Shown piece after piece: positions 38,052 through 50,255 of a stretch of DNA of 64,000 nt. The DNA lies in assembly GCA_951406725.2 (NCBI GenBank), contig OX597827.1, positions 56,110,001-56,174,000 on the forward strand, given 5' to 3'. Positions within the stretch are counted from its first letter, which is position 1. Each line of letters begins with the position of its first letter. Position numbers and translations under genes: made by a program. This DNA comes from Octopus vulgaris. Taxonomy: Eukaryota. The notes beneath the pieces are model-generated. The model did not search any database and was not told the origin of the DNA. It was given only the letters and a program-made list of their open reading frames with translations.

Positions 38052-38596
38052 CACTTGTGAAGACCTGTTGAGGCAAGTGAAAACCAAAACAAATCAAAAT
38101 AGATGAACATCAATGGAATTTGTATCTTTGTGGTACCAGTGCCGGTGGCACGTGGCACGCAAGATAACCATCCGAACGTGGCCGTAGCCAGTACCGCATC
38201 GACTGGCCTCCGTGCTGTGGGCACGTAACAAACACCATCCGATCGTGGCCGTTTGCCAGCCTCATCTGGCACCTGTGTCGGTGGCCCATAAAAACACCAT
38301 CCGAGCGGGGCCGTCTGCCAGCCTCGTCTGGCACCTGTGTCGGTGGCACATAAAAAACACCATCCGAGCGTGGCCGTTTGCCAGCCTCGTCTGGCACCTG
38401 TGTCGGTGGCACATAAAATCACCCACTACACTCGCGGAGTGGTTGGCGTTAGGAAGGGCATCCAGCTGTAGAAACACTGCCAGATCTGACTGGACTGGTG
38501 CAGCTTTCGGGCTCCCCAGACCCCAGTTGAACCGTCCAACCCATGCTAGCATGGAAAGCGGACGTTAAATGATGATGATGATGATGATGATGATGA
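38052..38596 (+). mobile_element. RTE-tail-type retroelement with about three ~61-bp internal tandem repeats
   Basis: caccatccgagcgtggccgtttgccagcctcgtctggcacctgtgtcggtggc repeats; (gat)n tail. Confidence 0.8.
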
Positions 38597-39329
38597 TATG
38601 TATGTATATATTATATATATAAATATTTATATATTATATATATATGTATATATTATATGTGTATATTATATATTGGGTTGGCAACTAAGTTCCCGCCGTT
38701 TTTTTTTAATTTTAATTTTTTAAAAAGTGGGATAACGAGTAAAAATTTTATCCCTAATTTTATGGTTATAGAACTTAGCTGTTCTTTCTAGTGTGTTGAA
38801 TCCCACAAGTAGATTCCTTGTGTGTTTAAATGTACACTGTATTTTATGACTAATACATAGTCTTTGGACTAAATTTTTACACGTTAGGCCACTGGAAATG
38901 ATAATTTTAATTAATTTCCATTTCCCTTTGATATAATTAGGTATTCAAAGTTTTTGGATAATTTTCGGTTTTTAAAAGTTGGCATTTTTTTATTGCCGGT
39001 GAAGGGCTGTGTCTGCGCAGTAGATTTTGAAGAAAATAGGATGTATAAACAAGAGGCACATAGTTTGATCGCCTCGTGTTTATATATTTAATCTAAGGTG
39101 TACCTGTTGAAGACGATTTCACCTAGCTGGTAAAAGTTATTTACTTGCTAAACAAAAATCAGAAACCAATTGGTCCAGGAAACTAGATGGTGAAATGTTT
39201 TTATTTTCTCATTTCGTTCCTGTCGAATTTTATCCCTAATTTTGTGGTTATAGAACCTAGCTGTTCTTTCTAGCATGTTGAATTCCACGAGTGGATTCCT
39301 TATGTGTTTAAATGTACACTTTATTTTAT

Positions 39330-39365
<36 letters not shown>

Positions 39366-39386
39366 GTATATATATATATATGTATA

Positions 39387-39475
<89 letters not shown>

Positions 39476-39605
39476 TATACATATTATATATGTGTATATA
39501 TATATTATATATACATGTATATATGCATATACACACACATACACAAGCACATACATACACTCACACACATATATATGTAAAATTTTTTTGTTTTTTGTTT
39601 TGCAG

Positions 39606-39675
39606 ATTGCTTGATTTGAGAAGACTTGGAATTTCTAATCAAATAGATGTTTGCAGTAAACCTATTGGAGCCTAA
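39606..39675 (+). CDS. LAMA: Laminin alpha-like terminal exon ([22 protein letters not shown])
   Basis: Long T-tract + tgcag acceptor, phase 2, LG-terminal Cys then TAA. Confidence 0.8.
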
Positions 39676-39956
39676 TCATGCCAGTTGTTCTTTTGCTGCT
39701 GCTCACAACAACTACTACTTCTACTACCACTACCACTACCACTACTACTACTGTTATTATACAATCTTCCATTCATCAACAGCTTCTCGAGACTGATCTA
39801 CAGGAAAACTTTGATAGATAATCCGACAAAAATATGTTTAATTTGTGACCAGAAATTAAAACTAGTGAATCTAGAAATTCTTCTGTCTCTGTTTATGATT
39901 TCATCCCTTGTCTATTCCATCTGTCCTTTAGTCAAAGCTTTACACACACACACTGA

Positions 39957-40028
<72 letters not shown>

Positions 40029-40440
40029 TACACATACATATATTGCCAAAGAAGCAGACTCTGTATGAGATATGAGTGCTGAACCTGCTAGAAATAACAA
40101 CTGAATCTCCGTCAGATTTCATTCTGCCATTTTAAAAAAAAAGAACTGAAATGTTGGATATTGTATTTCTTGATATACCATATTTGTAAAACAAAAGACA
40201 AGATGGTCCTGGTTGGAACACCCCTGATCATAGATCAGTTGAATCAACGTTGGAATTGGGGAAAACAAAAACAGCATTAAATATATTGACATTCTTGAAC
40301 TTCAAAAATGGTGTATTTGTTGTAATTTAACTTCTTTCTCATGCTTCCTTTAACAGACACCTGTCTGTATGTGGCTCTGAAGCAAAACGATCTACTGTTA
40401 ACTACCATTGATGTATCATTTTCTAACAACAAATGAATTT

Positions 40441-40446
40441 AATAAA
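40441..40446 (+). promoter_or_regulatory. Candidate polyadenylation signal of the laminin-like gene
   Basis: AATAAA about 770 nt after the stop codon. Confidence 0.45.
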
Positions 40447-40489
40447 AGAATATGTTATCAATGAAGTGGGTTTACATGTCATGACATAA

Positions 40490-40523
<34 letters not shown>

Positions 40524-41260
40524 CTGCTTATTCCATTATCATAATTCAGTATGTAGTCTCAGTTGCTGCTGTGTATTAGTTCAAAATACATATTAAATTG
40601 AGAATTATGGAAATATTATTTGTAGACTTATGGTATAACAAAACAGGTAATTGGAAATTTTTTGGTATTCTTTATTTCACCATTACACATGTTTCATTTG
40701 CTAATGGGAATTATTAGAAATTCTTCAGACAGAGAAACTAAATTTTTAAATATCAATGATGATGATGATGATGATGATGATGTTAGAAGAAGAAGAAGAA
40801 GAAGAAGAATATTATTATTATCATTATTATTTAATTTCTCCATCTGAAGAATTTCTAATAGGAAATTCCTTACATATCTATCTAACATGTAAAATTTTAT
40901 AATTCCTATTAGCAAGTGAAACATGTGTAATGGTGGATAACTAATACCAAAAAATTTCCCATTTTCTGTTTTGTTACACATACATACATACATAATTACA
41001 TACACACACATACATATATATAGAGAGAGGGGAGAATTCACAAAAAAACAAAAGACGAAGACAGGTGGTGTAGACAACAAACAGATGTATTAGTTTAACG
41101 CTAGGTAAGTGAAAATGTCTTTAATGTTTCAAGCCTATGCTCTTCCACAGAAAGGAACACAGAAAGAAACAAGGAGAGAAAATAAAACGAATATATATAT
41201 AAATATAATTAAGGGTTATATATATATATATATATATAATATTCTCTTTACTCTCTCTTT

Positions 41261-41481
41261 ACTCTTTTATTTGTTTCAGTCATTTGACTGTGGCCATGCT
41301 GGAGCACCGCCTTTTAGTCGAAAAAATTGACCCAAGGACATATTCTTTGTAAGCCTAGTACTTATTCTATCAGTCTCTTTTGCTGAACTGCTAAGTTACA
41401 GGTACGTAAACACACCAGCATCGGTTGTCAAGCAATGTTTGGGGGAGGGAGACAAACACATACACGTAAACATGTGCACAC

Positions 41482-41520
<39 letters not shown>

Positions 41521-41685
41521 CGATGGGCTTCTTTCAGTTTCCGTCTACCAAATCCACTCAACAAGGCTTTGGTCTGCCCGAGGCTATAGTAGAAGACACT
41601 TGCCCAAGGTGCCACGCAGTGGGATTGAACCCGGAACCATGTGGTTGGTAAGCAAGCTACTTACCACACAGCTACTCCTGCGCCT
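41261..41685 (-). mobile_element. SINE family A, full length
   Basis: Reverse complement of the copy at 14234. Confidence 0.85.
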
Positions 41686-41871
41686 ATTTGATAATTATAT
41701 ATTTTCCTTAAAGTAATATCCGCACCAGGGCATTAGAATAGCACTATACTGTAGCAAACAGTCTTCACACAGTATGCTTGGATGGAAGGATTGGTTAATT
41801 AAATATGCTACAAGCTCATTAGAAGAAACTCAACCAAAGCATTATATATCAACATCATTTTTATATAAGTT

Positions 41872-41877
41872 TTTATT
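41872..41877 (-). promoter_or_regulatory. Candidate polyadenylation signal of CFAP43
   Basis: AATAAA on the - strand about 100 nt after the stop. Confidence 0.55.
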
Positions 41878-41974
41878 GTATAGATAAATATTCAAATTGT
41901 CAACACAAATTCCACCAGCTAATTGTATTTTTATGGTAATTTTCATTCAAAGATTTTTTTTGTTTTTCTCAATC

Positions 41975-42129
41975 TCAAATCAAAGCTGGGAATGTTCTTC
42001 TTCGCAGACGTTCAACTTCTTGGCGTAACGTGGTCAGTTCCGCTGCTTGTTTCTTGGCTCTGCTGATCAACTTCTTGCGGTGACATATGTTGAAGTATTT
42101 CACTCTCTCGTATGTTCCCGGAGTTTCCT
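41975..42129 (-). CDS. CFAP43: CFAP43 terminal exon (ETPGTYERVKY...LRQEVERLRRRTFPALI*)
   Basis: ttttactacag acceptor, phase 1, EVERLR..TFPAL terminus, TGA stop. Confidence 0.92.
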
Positions 42130-42163
42130 CTGTAGTAAAATAAATATATAATAGATATATTAA

Positions 42164-42230
<67 letters not shown>

Positions 42231-43114
42231 CTGTAAATCCTCGAGTATAATCCGCATTTTTTTCCCAAAATTTAAAGGTCAAAATCCCTAGTGCATATTA
42301 TACACAAGGTTAAAATGAAAATTATTTTCTAAGCAATGTTCGAGTCTCTATTTGCTGTCCGGCAATGTTTATTCAAACGCATTTTGTGATGTCAGGCACA
42401 AAAATACCTTAAGCTAAGCCTGAAAGCAATGAAGTCATAAAAGAATCATCCATAACTTGCAGTAAGCAACATTTATTAAACGCTATTACTGTTATTTCTT
42501 TATTTTCTGCAAACAAAATGCACAAAAAAGCTACACGTTTGCATTATGTTATATATACAATAATAATAAAGTACGTTACTGTAGACATTTTTACAAACCA
42601 AGGACGTTATATAGACCTCCTTGACTCAAGTTAGAGAAGGGGTGCGTATTATACACAAGGTTTAGGTTTTTCAGGAATTGAAACCACAATCTTGTAATCA
42701 TGAGTGCAACACCCTTACCACTAGGCCATGTGCCCTCTGCCTACATACGTATATATAGCTAAATGCTCAATGAGCACTTGCAGAACCTTGTAGGGACTGG
42801 TGTGTATGTGTGTGCCTTTGACTGTGTATGTGTTTGACTGGGGGAGGGTGTGTGTGTGTGTGATTGTGTGTGTAACTACTTCCTTACCATAGTTTCTTGT
42901 AATATTCAGTTATTTGGACTCAACAAGCTTTAGCAAACTCTTGTCATAATTGTTAAATCAAAAGGCAAGACTTGTCTGTTGTCTCAACAAGAACAGTTCT
43001 TTGAAGACCACTGGGTCGTTATTTCTGGATACAACATTACACATCCAATGGAGTTTGTTGTCATTATTTCTTTCTAGTTTTTAGTTCTCGTGGTTTGCAA
43101 TCATGTAACATAGC

Positions 43115-43690
43115 ACTACACACATAAACATTACACACATGCATCTATACACATAAGCCTCTACACATATAAGCATCTACAAATGTAAGTATCTACACAC
43201 ATAACCCCTACACACATAAGCATCCACATATGTAAGCATCTACACACATAAGCACTATACACATGCATCTATACACATAAGCATCTACACATATAAGCAT
43301 CTACAAATGTAAGCATCTACACACATAAGCCCTATACACATGCATCTATACACATAAGCATCTACACATATAAGCATCTATACACATAAGCACTATACAC
43401 ATGCATCTATACACATAAGCATCTACACATATAAGCATCCACATATGTAAGCATTTACACACATAAGCACTATACACATAATCATCTATACATATAAGCA
43501 TCTATACACATAAGTATTGTACACATATCCATCAACACAAAGGCGTCTAAGCACTACACACAAGCATATACACTTGTCAACATCTACACACATAAGCATC
43601 TACAAATGTAAGCATTTTACATATAAACATCTACACATTATATATGCATTAACAAATGAAAGCATCTACACATATAAGCAATACATCACT
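43115..43690. repeat. Minisatellite, ~16-bp unit agcatctacacatata with variants
   Basis: Directly visible. Confidence 0.85.
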
Positions 43691-43948
43691 ATATATATAT
43701 GTCGTATAATCTAGTCATTACCTGGAAAAAAAAATTTCTTTGTTGCTAGCAGAGGCTCCCTAAACATTTTCCACCTTGTTCTTACATAAGTTACTATGCT
43801 TTCCAAACACCCATCTTTACTATTAATTAAGTCATCTAACAGACACCTTGTGGTTGGGAAGCAAGCTTCTTACCACACAGCCATGTCTGCGCCTGGTGTT
43901 ACAATATCATTATAAACTGCTACAAGGGCAAAAAAGGACCATCTAGAG

Positions 43949-44650
43949 TAGTGGTCCTTAACCATTTTTTACCTATGGATCCCTTTGATTATTATTTTAT
44001 TTGGGTGGCCTTTCATAGCTATATAATGTTTTAAAAAAAAACAATTTAATTTTTATAATTATATTTTAAGAATAATAAATCTCTGAACGAGGTATAAACA
44101 GCATCCACCCTTAGTGGTTAGCCACATTTAAGTGGCAAATATACTTCACATTGTCGTGCAGCTACTGTTTATACATCGTTCAGAGATATATTATTGCTTG
44201 TTTACACTTTTGCGAGATCAGTGACTTTTCGTCACTGGAAAAAGGATATATGTATTTGCATTGGGACCCCTTCGCATCAAAAACTGGTGATTGTCATGCG
44301 CTGACGACGGATAAATACCCAGAAACCCAGGTCCGTGCATATCACATCAGGTTGAAGATGGGAAGGATGGCTTTCCTTTGCAAATACTGATAGGGTACAG
44401 AAAGTGTGTCAATAGCCAGCTGAAGTAGATATTCTCCTGGGGCTACAAGCTACAGTAGCCTCTGCCCTTAGTGGTTAGTCACATTTAAGTGGCAAATATA
44501 CTTCACATTTTATTAAGAATTATATTTAAAAAATTTGTTAACATATTTTGTGTGTTGTAGAAGTATAACCAGTTTATTGCACATAAATTTTAACTACGAA
44601 ATCTTACATGGACCCCCAAAGGTCATAAGGACCCTGGTTGAGGACCACTA
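43949..44650. mobile_element. hAT (Charlie-like) MITE containing an internal insertion
   Basis: TIR tagtggtccttaacc / ggttgaggaccacta; 8-bp TSD atctagag/ttctagag (NTCTAGAN target). Confidence 0.8.
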
Positions 44651-44962
44651 TTCTAGAGAGATGAAACTACAGAGGTATCAAACTGAACTGTTAGATTGTC
44701 TCATGAAGACCAGAGTTTTAGGAACAGGATAAGCCTTGATGAAATTCAGTCCTACTTTGTGCCAGGAAAAGGTTCCATTGATGCCTGACTAAAGGGACAA
44801 CTACAAGAGATGTACTTTGATTATAATTGCAACAAGTTTCAGGTTGTCACCGCTGCTCATTGTCTGTGTTTTATTACTTTACAGTATTAATCTTCTCACA
44901 TGTATCCTGAACAATTTGCCGTTTGAACAAAAATAATAAGATAATGAATGATACCAACTCAC

Positions 44963-45116
44963 GACAGACATTAGCGATATGTCTCCGATCATTTACTTGA
45001 ACATTAATGATTTTGATCTGTTTAGCTAATTTCTCATTTTCCTTCTTCTTTGCCTTTATGTTCATTTTTAGCTTGTTAATATCGTCTTCGATTTTCGACT
45101 GTTTTTTTTCATGTAT
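44963..45116 (-). CDS. CFAP43: CFAP43 exon (IHEKKQSKIEDD...VNDRRHIANVC)
   Basis: cttccag acceptor, C|gtgagt donor, phase 0-1. Confidence 0.9.
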
Positions 45117-45202
45117 CTGGAAGAAGTATTAAAATAAAGTAAGAATAGAAAAATTTAAAAAAGCACTGAAATGGTAATGGAAAGAATCTTTTATCATTTT
45201 AT

Positions 45203-46437
45203 AGGTGCAGGAGTGGCTGTGTGGTAAGTAGCTTGCTTACCAACCACATGGTTCTGGGTTCAATCCCACTACGTGACACCTTGAGCAAGTGTCTACTACT
45301 ATGGCCTCGGGTCGACCAAAGCCTTGTGAGTGGATTTGGTAGACAGAAACTGAAAGAAAGCTGTCGTATATATATCTATATATATATGTGTGTGTGTGTT
45401 TGTGTGTCTGTGATCCCCAACATTGCTTGACAATCGATGCTGGTGTGTTTACGTCCTGGTAACTTAGCAGTTCGGCAAAAGAGGCCAATAGAATAAGTAC
45501 TAGGCTTACAAAAAATAAGTCCTGGGGTCGATTTCCTCGACTAAAGGCGGTGCTCCAGCATGGCCACAGTCAAACGACTGAAACAAGTAAAAGAGTATTT
45601 ACTTGTTTCGGTCATTGGTTTTGCAGCCATGCTGGGGTACCACCTTGAAAGGTTTTGTCAAATAAATCATGCTCAGTACGTATCTTCAAGTCTGATACTT
45701 ATTCTGTCAGTGTCTTTTGCTGAACTGCTAAGTTACAGGGATGTAAACAAACCAATACCAGTCGTCAAATGCTAGATGGGAGACAAACACACATATACAT
45801 AAATACACACACATGTATATATATGATGAACTTCCACACAGTTTCTCTGTACCAAATTCACTCACAAAGCATTGATCAATCCAGGGTTATATTATAAAAC
45901 ATTTGTCCAGGTGAACTTGCAGTGGGACTGAACCCAGAACCACATGGTTGCAAAGTGAGTTTCTTAACAACACAGCCATGCCTGCACCTCAAAATTTCTT
46001 TCGCATCATTTTACAATAATGTTAATAACTCTTTTACTCTTTTACGTGTTTCAGTCATTTGACTGAGGCCATGCTGGAGCACCGCCTTTAGTCAAGCAAA
46101 TTGACCCCAGGACTTATTCTTTGTAAGCCTAGTACTTATTCTATCGGTCTGTTTTGCCAAACCACTATGTTACGGGGATGTAAACACACCAGCATTGGTT
46201 GTCAAGTGATGCTGAAGGAATAAACAGACACACAAACATATACAAACACATACACATATATATACATATATATGACAGGCTTCTTTCAGTTTCCATCTAC
46301 CAAATCCACTCACAAGGCTTTGGTCGGCCCAAGGCTATAGTAGAAGACACTTGCTCAAGGTGCCATGCAGTGGGACTGAACCTGAAACCATGTGGTTTGT
46401 AAGCAAGCTACTTACCACACAGCCACTCCTACGCCTA
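45203..46437. mobile_element. Three SINE family A copies (+ 45203-45595, - 45598-45989, - 46030-46437)
   Basis: Collinear matches to family A. Confidence 0.85.
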
Positions 46438-46612
46438 TACATTGATTGTTGCTGGTGTTGTTGTTTAGACACCAAGTCAGCTCTGATCAAGTAGACTTAT
46501 GATCAAAAGCTTTCCATGCATGACCATCTCATCATTTGTGTATATCTAGGATTACACTGTTCAATGTGTTCTTTTTTTCTTTTCAATATAGTTGGGTGTA
46601 ATATGAGAGTAG

Positions 46613-46925
46613 AGGCGCTATGGCCCAGTGGTTAGGGCAGTGGACTCGCAGTCGAAGGATCACGGTTTCGATTCCCAGACTGGGCGTTGTGTGCGTTTAT
46701 TGAGCAAAAACACCTAAAAATCTCCACGAGGCTCTGGCAGGGGGTGGTGGCGACCCCTGTTGTACTCTTTCGCCCCAACTTTCTCTAACTCTCTCTTCCT
46801 GTTTCTTGAGTAACGCTGTGATGGACTGGCGTCCCGTCCAGCTGTGGAGGTGGGGGGACACATATGCCACAGAAACCAGGAAACCGGGCCTATGAGTCTG
46901 GTTAGGCTTGAAAAGGGCGACATTT
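46613..46925 (+). mobile_element. tRNA-derived SINE, family C related
   Basis: tggcccagtgg A-box, ggtttcgattcc B-box; tail shared with 59275-59520. Confidence 0.75.
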
Positions 46926-47506
46926 ATTGTTGTTTTTTTATCGGAGTATGACAGAGAGAGAGAAAGAAAGAAAGAAAGAGAGAGGTTAGATTGTTGTTTC
47001 TAAGCAGATCTTGCAACCTTTTCAACAGTTTCTCATTGGATTGGTGACAATTATAACAATAGAGAACAATGACAACAATAGAAGAAGTGGTAGTTATGAT
47101 GGCAGTGGTAGCGGCAGCGGCGGCGGCGGTGGTGGTGGTGGTAGTGGAGGCAGTTTTGGTGGTGGGGGTGATGGTAATAATGGTTTTAGTAAGGTGTTCT
47201 CTTGATAAATTACATTAAAATAGAACCAACAATAAAATAGCACCAACAATTCATCAATAGACAAAATATTTCTCAATGTTGCCAAGTATAGTTAAAAGTA
47301 AGTGTTAGCATATTTAATTCAGGAAGCATGAAAGAAATACTAACTTGAAAATAAAATTATGCTCTGCAGGTGTGGCTGCATGGTAAGAAGCTTGCTTCCC
47401 AACCACATGGTTCCAGGTTCAACCCCACTGCATGGCACCTTGGGCAAGTGTCAGGTCAACCAAAGCTCTGTGTGTGGGTTTGGTAGATGGAAACTGAAAG
47501 TGGCTC

Positions 47507-47554
<48 letters not shown>

Positions 47555-47555
<1 letters not shown>

Positions 47556-48020
47556 AGTCCAGAAGCTGGCTACCCGCATGGTTCTTGGTCTCAAGAATTT
47601 GTCTTATGAAGAAAGGCTGAAGACGCTCGACCTTTATTCTCTAGAAAAACGACGACACCGTGGTGATCTCATTCTTGCTCACAACATCATAAGCGGAAAG
47701 TGTAACCTCTTGAAAGAGCTGTTCTTCACTCCTGCTCCAGAGCATCGGCTGCGGGGTCACTCCAAAAAGCTCTATCTGCAACGATTTCATCTCAATCAAA
47801 GGAGAGGGGCTTTCTCCGTCCAGATTGCAGATCCGTGGAATAAGCTGCCGGACGAGATAGTGAAGATGCCGATGACCGCTCAGTTCAAAGTCTCTCTTGA
47901 CCAGAAATGGCCTGAACTCTTTGCATGAACACCACCCTGTACATAATTCCATGTCCCCCTACATGGCCTTGCTTTTTGCTTTTTGAGCCAAAAAATTAAC
48001 TTAACTTAACTTAACTTAAC
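47555..48020 (+). mobile_element. CR1-like LINE 3' end
   Basis: VQKLATRMV.GLKNLSYEERLKTLDLYSLEKRR.RGDLI...LRGH...WNKLP...FK..LD; (TTAAC)n tail. Confidence 0.88.
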
Positions 48021-48254
48021 TATATATATATATATATACATGAGCAAAACGTCCCCGTCCAATGGATGGTGGTGAGTTGTCAAACATTTAAACCAAATTT
48101 TCTCAAAACAACTTGTCCGACCGTCCCATAGGCCTCCCCTTTGAGAAACACTGATTTAACCTAAATTTGAGACACCAGCAAAAGAAGAAATAAAGATAGA
48201 CTTTTTTTCTATTCCTAAGAAAACTGATTTTATTCACACAAATATGCAACCTCA

Positions 48255-48313
48255 AGCTGACCAAAGCCTTGTGGGTGGATTTGGTAGACAGAAACGGAAA
48301 GAAGCCTGTCGTA

Positions 48314-48364
<51 letters not shown>

Positions 48365-48580
48365 ATATGTTTGTGTGTCCGTGTTTGTTCCTTCAGCATT
48401 GCTTGACAACCAATGCTGGTGTGTTTACATCCCTGTAACATAGCAGGTTGGCAAAAGAGACCAATAGAATAAGTACTAGGCTTACAAAGAATAAGTCCTG
48501 GGGTCGATTTGTTTGACTAAGGGCAGTGCTCCAGCATGGCCGCAGTTAAATGACTGAAATAAGTTAAAAAGTAAAGAGAG
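48255..48580 (+). mobile_element. SINE family A, 5'-truncated
   Basis: Body and tail match. Confidence 0.8.
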
Positions 48581-49257
48581 TATATATGCACACACACACA
48601 CACACATATACATACACACATCTCTCTCTATCCGCTCAGTCGAAGTCGACTCTCGGTCACTCGTTGGATCAGTGTCCTCCAGTCAGTTCTATCCTGGGCC
48701 TCTTCTTTCAGATTGGCTATGTCCATTCCGGTATCACTCTTGATGGTGTCAAGCCAGCGAGTTCTTGGTCGGACATACACACATACATACATACACTAAT
48801 ATTTGTGATGTGCATGCATGTGTGTGCATACACACCCTTGCCCTGACATCATATGACAGTTGTAAATAAGCATCACTGTTGTCTGAGAGAGGATGTTCAT
48901 TTCCTATCTTCTATAGAAAAACATGTCAGGCCATAAGGAAAACAGTACTTTGCTTGGGAACAGGTGAGGGTTGGCAACAGGAAGAGCATCTGGTCATAGA
49001 AAATTTACGTCAACAAATTCCATCCGACCCATGCAAACATGGAAAATTAGATGTTAAAATGATGATGATGATGATGACAATGACAATGATGATAATGATG
49101 ATGAAAAATAAAAGACAAAGTTGATGTTGGTGGAATTTGAACTCAGGGTACAGTGAGCCAGAATGAATACTGCAAAATATTCTACCCGATGCACTTAATA
49201 ACCCTACAAACTCACAAACTTCAATATTGTTATAGAAAAGATTTTATGTATACATAC

Positions 49258-49338
49258 AGTCTGAACTCCAACAAGTAATTTTTCCAGTCGGTCAGTTTGT
49301 TGAGCATTGTAAACATTATAATTCTCTTCTTCCAAATA
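49258..49338 (-). CDS. CFAP43: CFAP43 exon (YLEEENYNVYNAQQTDRLEKLLVGVQT)
   Basis: Pyrimidine tract + aacag acceptor, gtatgt donor, phase 0-0. Confidence 0.87.
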
Positions 49339-49500
49339 CTGTTCAGAGGAGAGAGAAAAATAGAAAAGAAAAAAAAATAGGTGAGTTTGTAATCTGAAAT
49401 TTGTAAATAATGTATAGAAAAAATAATTACAATAGTGAATATGCAAACATGCAAATTCACAAACATTGTCAGTGTATAAAGAGAAATATATATATATATA

Positions 49501-49772
49501 CTGTTGTGTCTGGGGAGAGACATTTTCTTTTTGTGCTTTTTAATTTAACACACACACCGGTAAAATTTCCACTTATTTCTTATTTTTATTTTCCTAAATT
49601 TTCCGTTGCGTCTTGCAACCTTTTCAATAGTCTTGACCCTTTACCGGTGAGTGTGTTAAATTATAAGACACAAAATGAAAATGACTCTCCCCAGATACAA
49701 CAGAATATGCTTCAACACACGAACTCACATAAAGAATCTTGGAAACCAAATCCAAAATCGAAATATATATAT
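49501..49772. mobile_element. Inverted-repeat element, probable Penelope pseudo-LTR (related copy at 19045-19245)
   Basis: 49501-49562 is mirrored by 49642-49705; same sequence as 19045-19245. Confidence 0.55.
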
Positions 49773-50061
49773 ATATATATAAATTAGAAAAAAAAACACC
49801 TTTTATTAATTCAAAACGAACAATTAAATTACACCATTTAGAAAATTACATATAATAGAAATATCAAAATTAAAATAACAATTATATTATTTTAACAATT
49901 GTAGTTTTATTATATATGTTTTTATTATTTAAAATTTTTTTTTGTAATTTACTTAATCATTGATATTTTATTGTCATTTTAATATTTCTATTATATGTAA
50001 TTTTCTAGATGGTGTAATTTAATTGTTCATTTTGAATTGATAAAAGGTGGGGTTTTTTCCA

Positions 50062-50100
<39 letters not shown>

Positions 50101-50186
50101 TGTGTGAAACTTGATTTAGTATTTCTAAATTGAATTATTTTTCCCTGTAAGTTTGGATTTATATTCCCTCAAATAATAATTATTAT

Positions 50187-50255
<69 letters not shown>

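Larger units (their letters stand above)
177..39675 (+). other. LAMA: Laminin alpha-like gene, 3' portion (14 coding exons; coiled coil + charged insert + LG1-LG3)
   Basis: All 13 introns are GT-AG and phases chain (1,0,0,2,0,2,0,0,2,0,0,2,2). The junction NISQIQYKIHLARTLLSAMK-IPVKFTG resembles the laminin alpha domain II/LG1 junction. Three LG-type modules follow (F.G.G/DY start, GG, GC..V, terminal Cys). Confidence 0.85.

Noticed and set aside
38170-38420. Regular ~61-bp repeats that could be mistaken for a CRISPR array
   Set aside because: The units are contiguous with no unique spacers and lie inside a eukaryotic retroelement.
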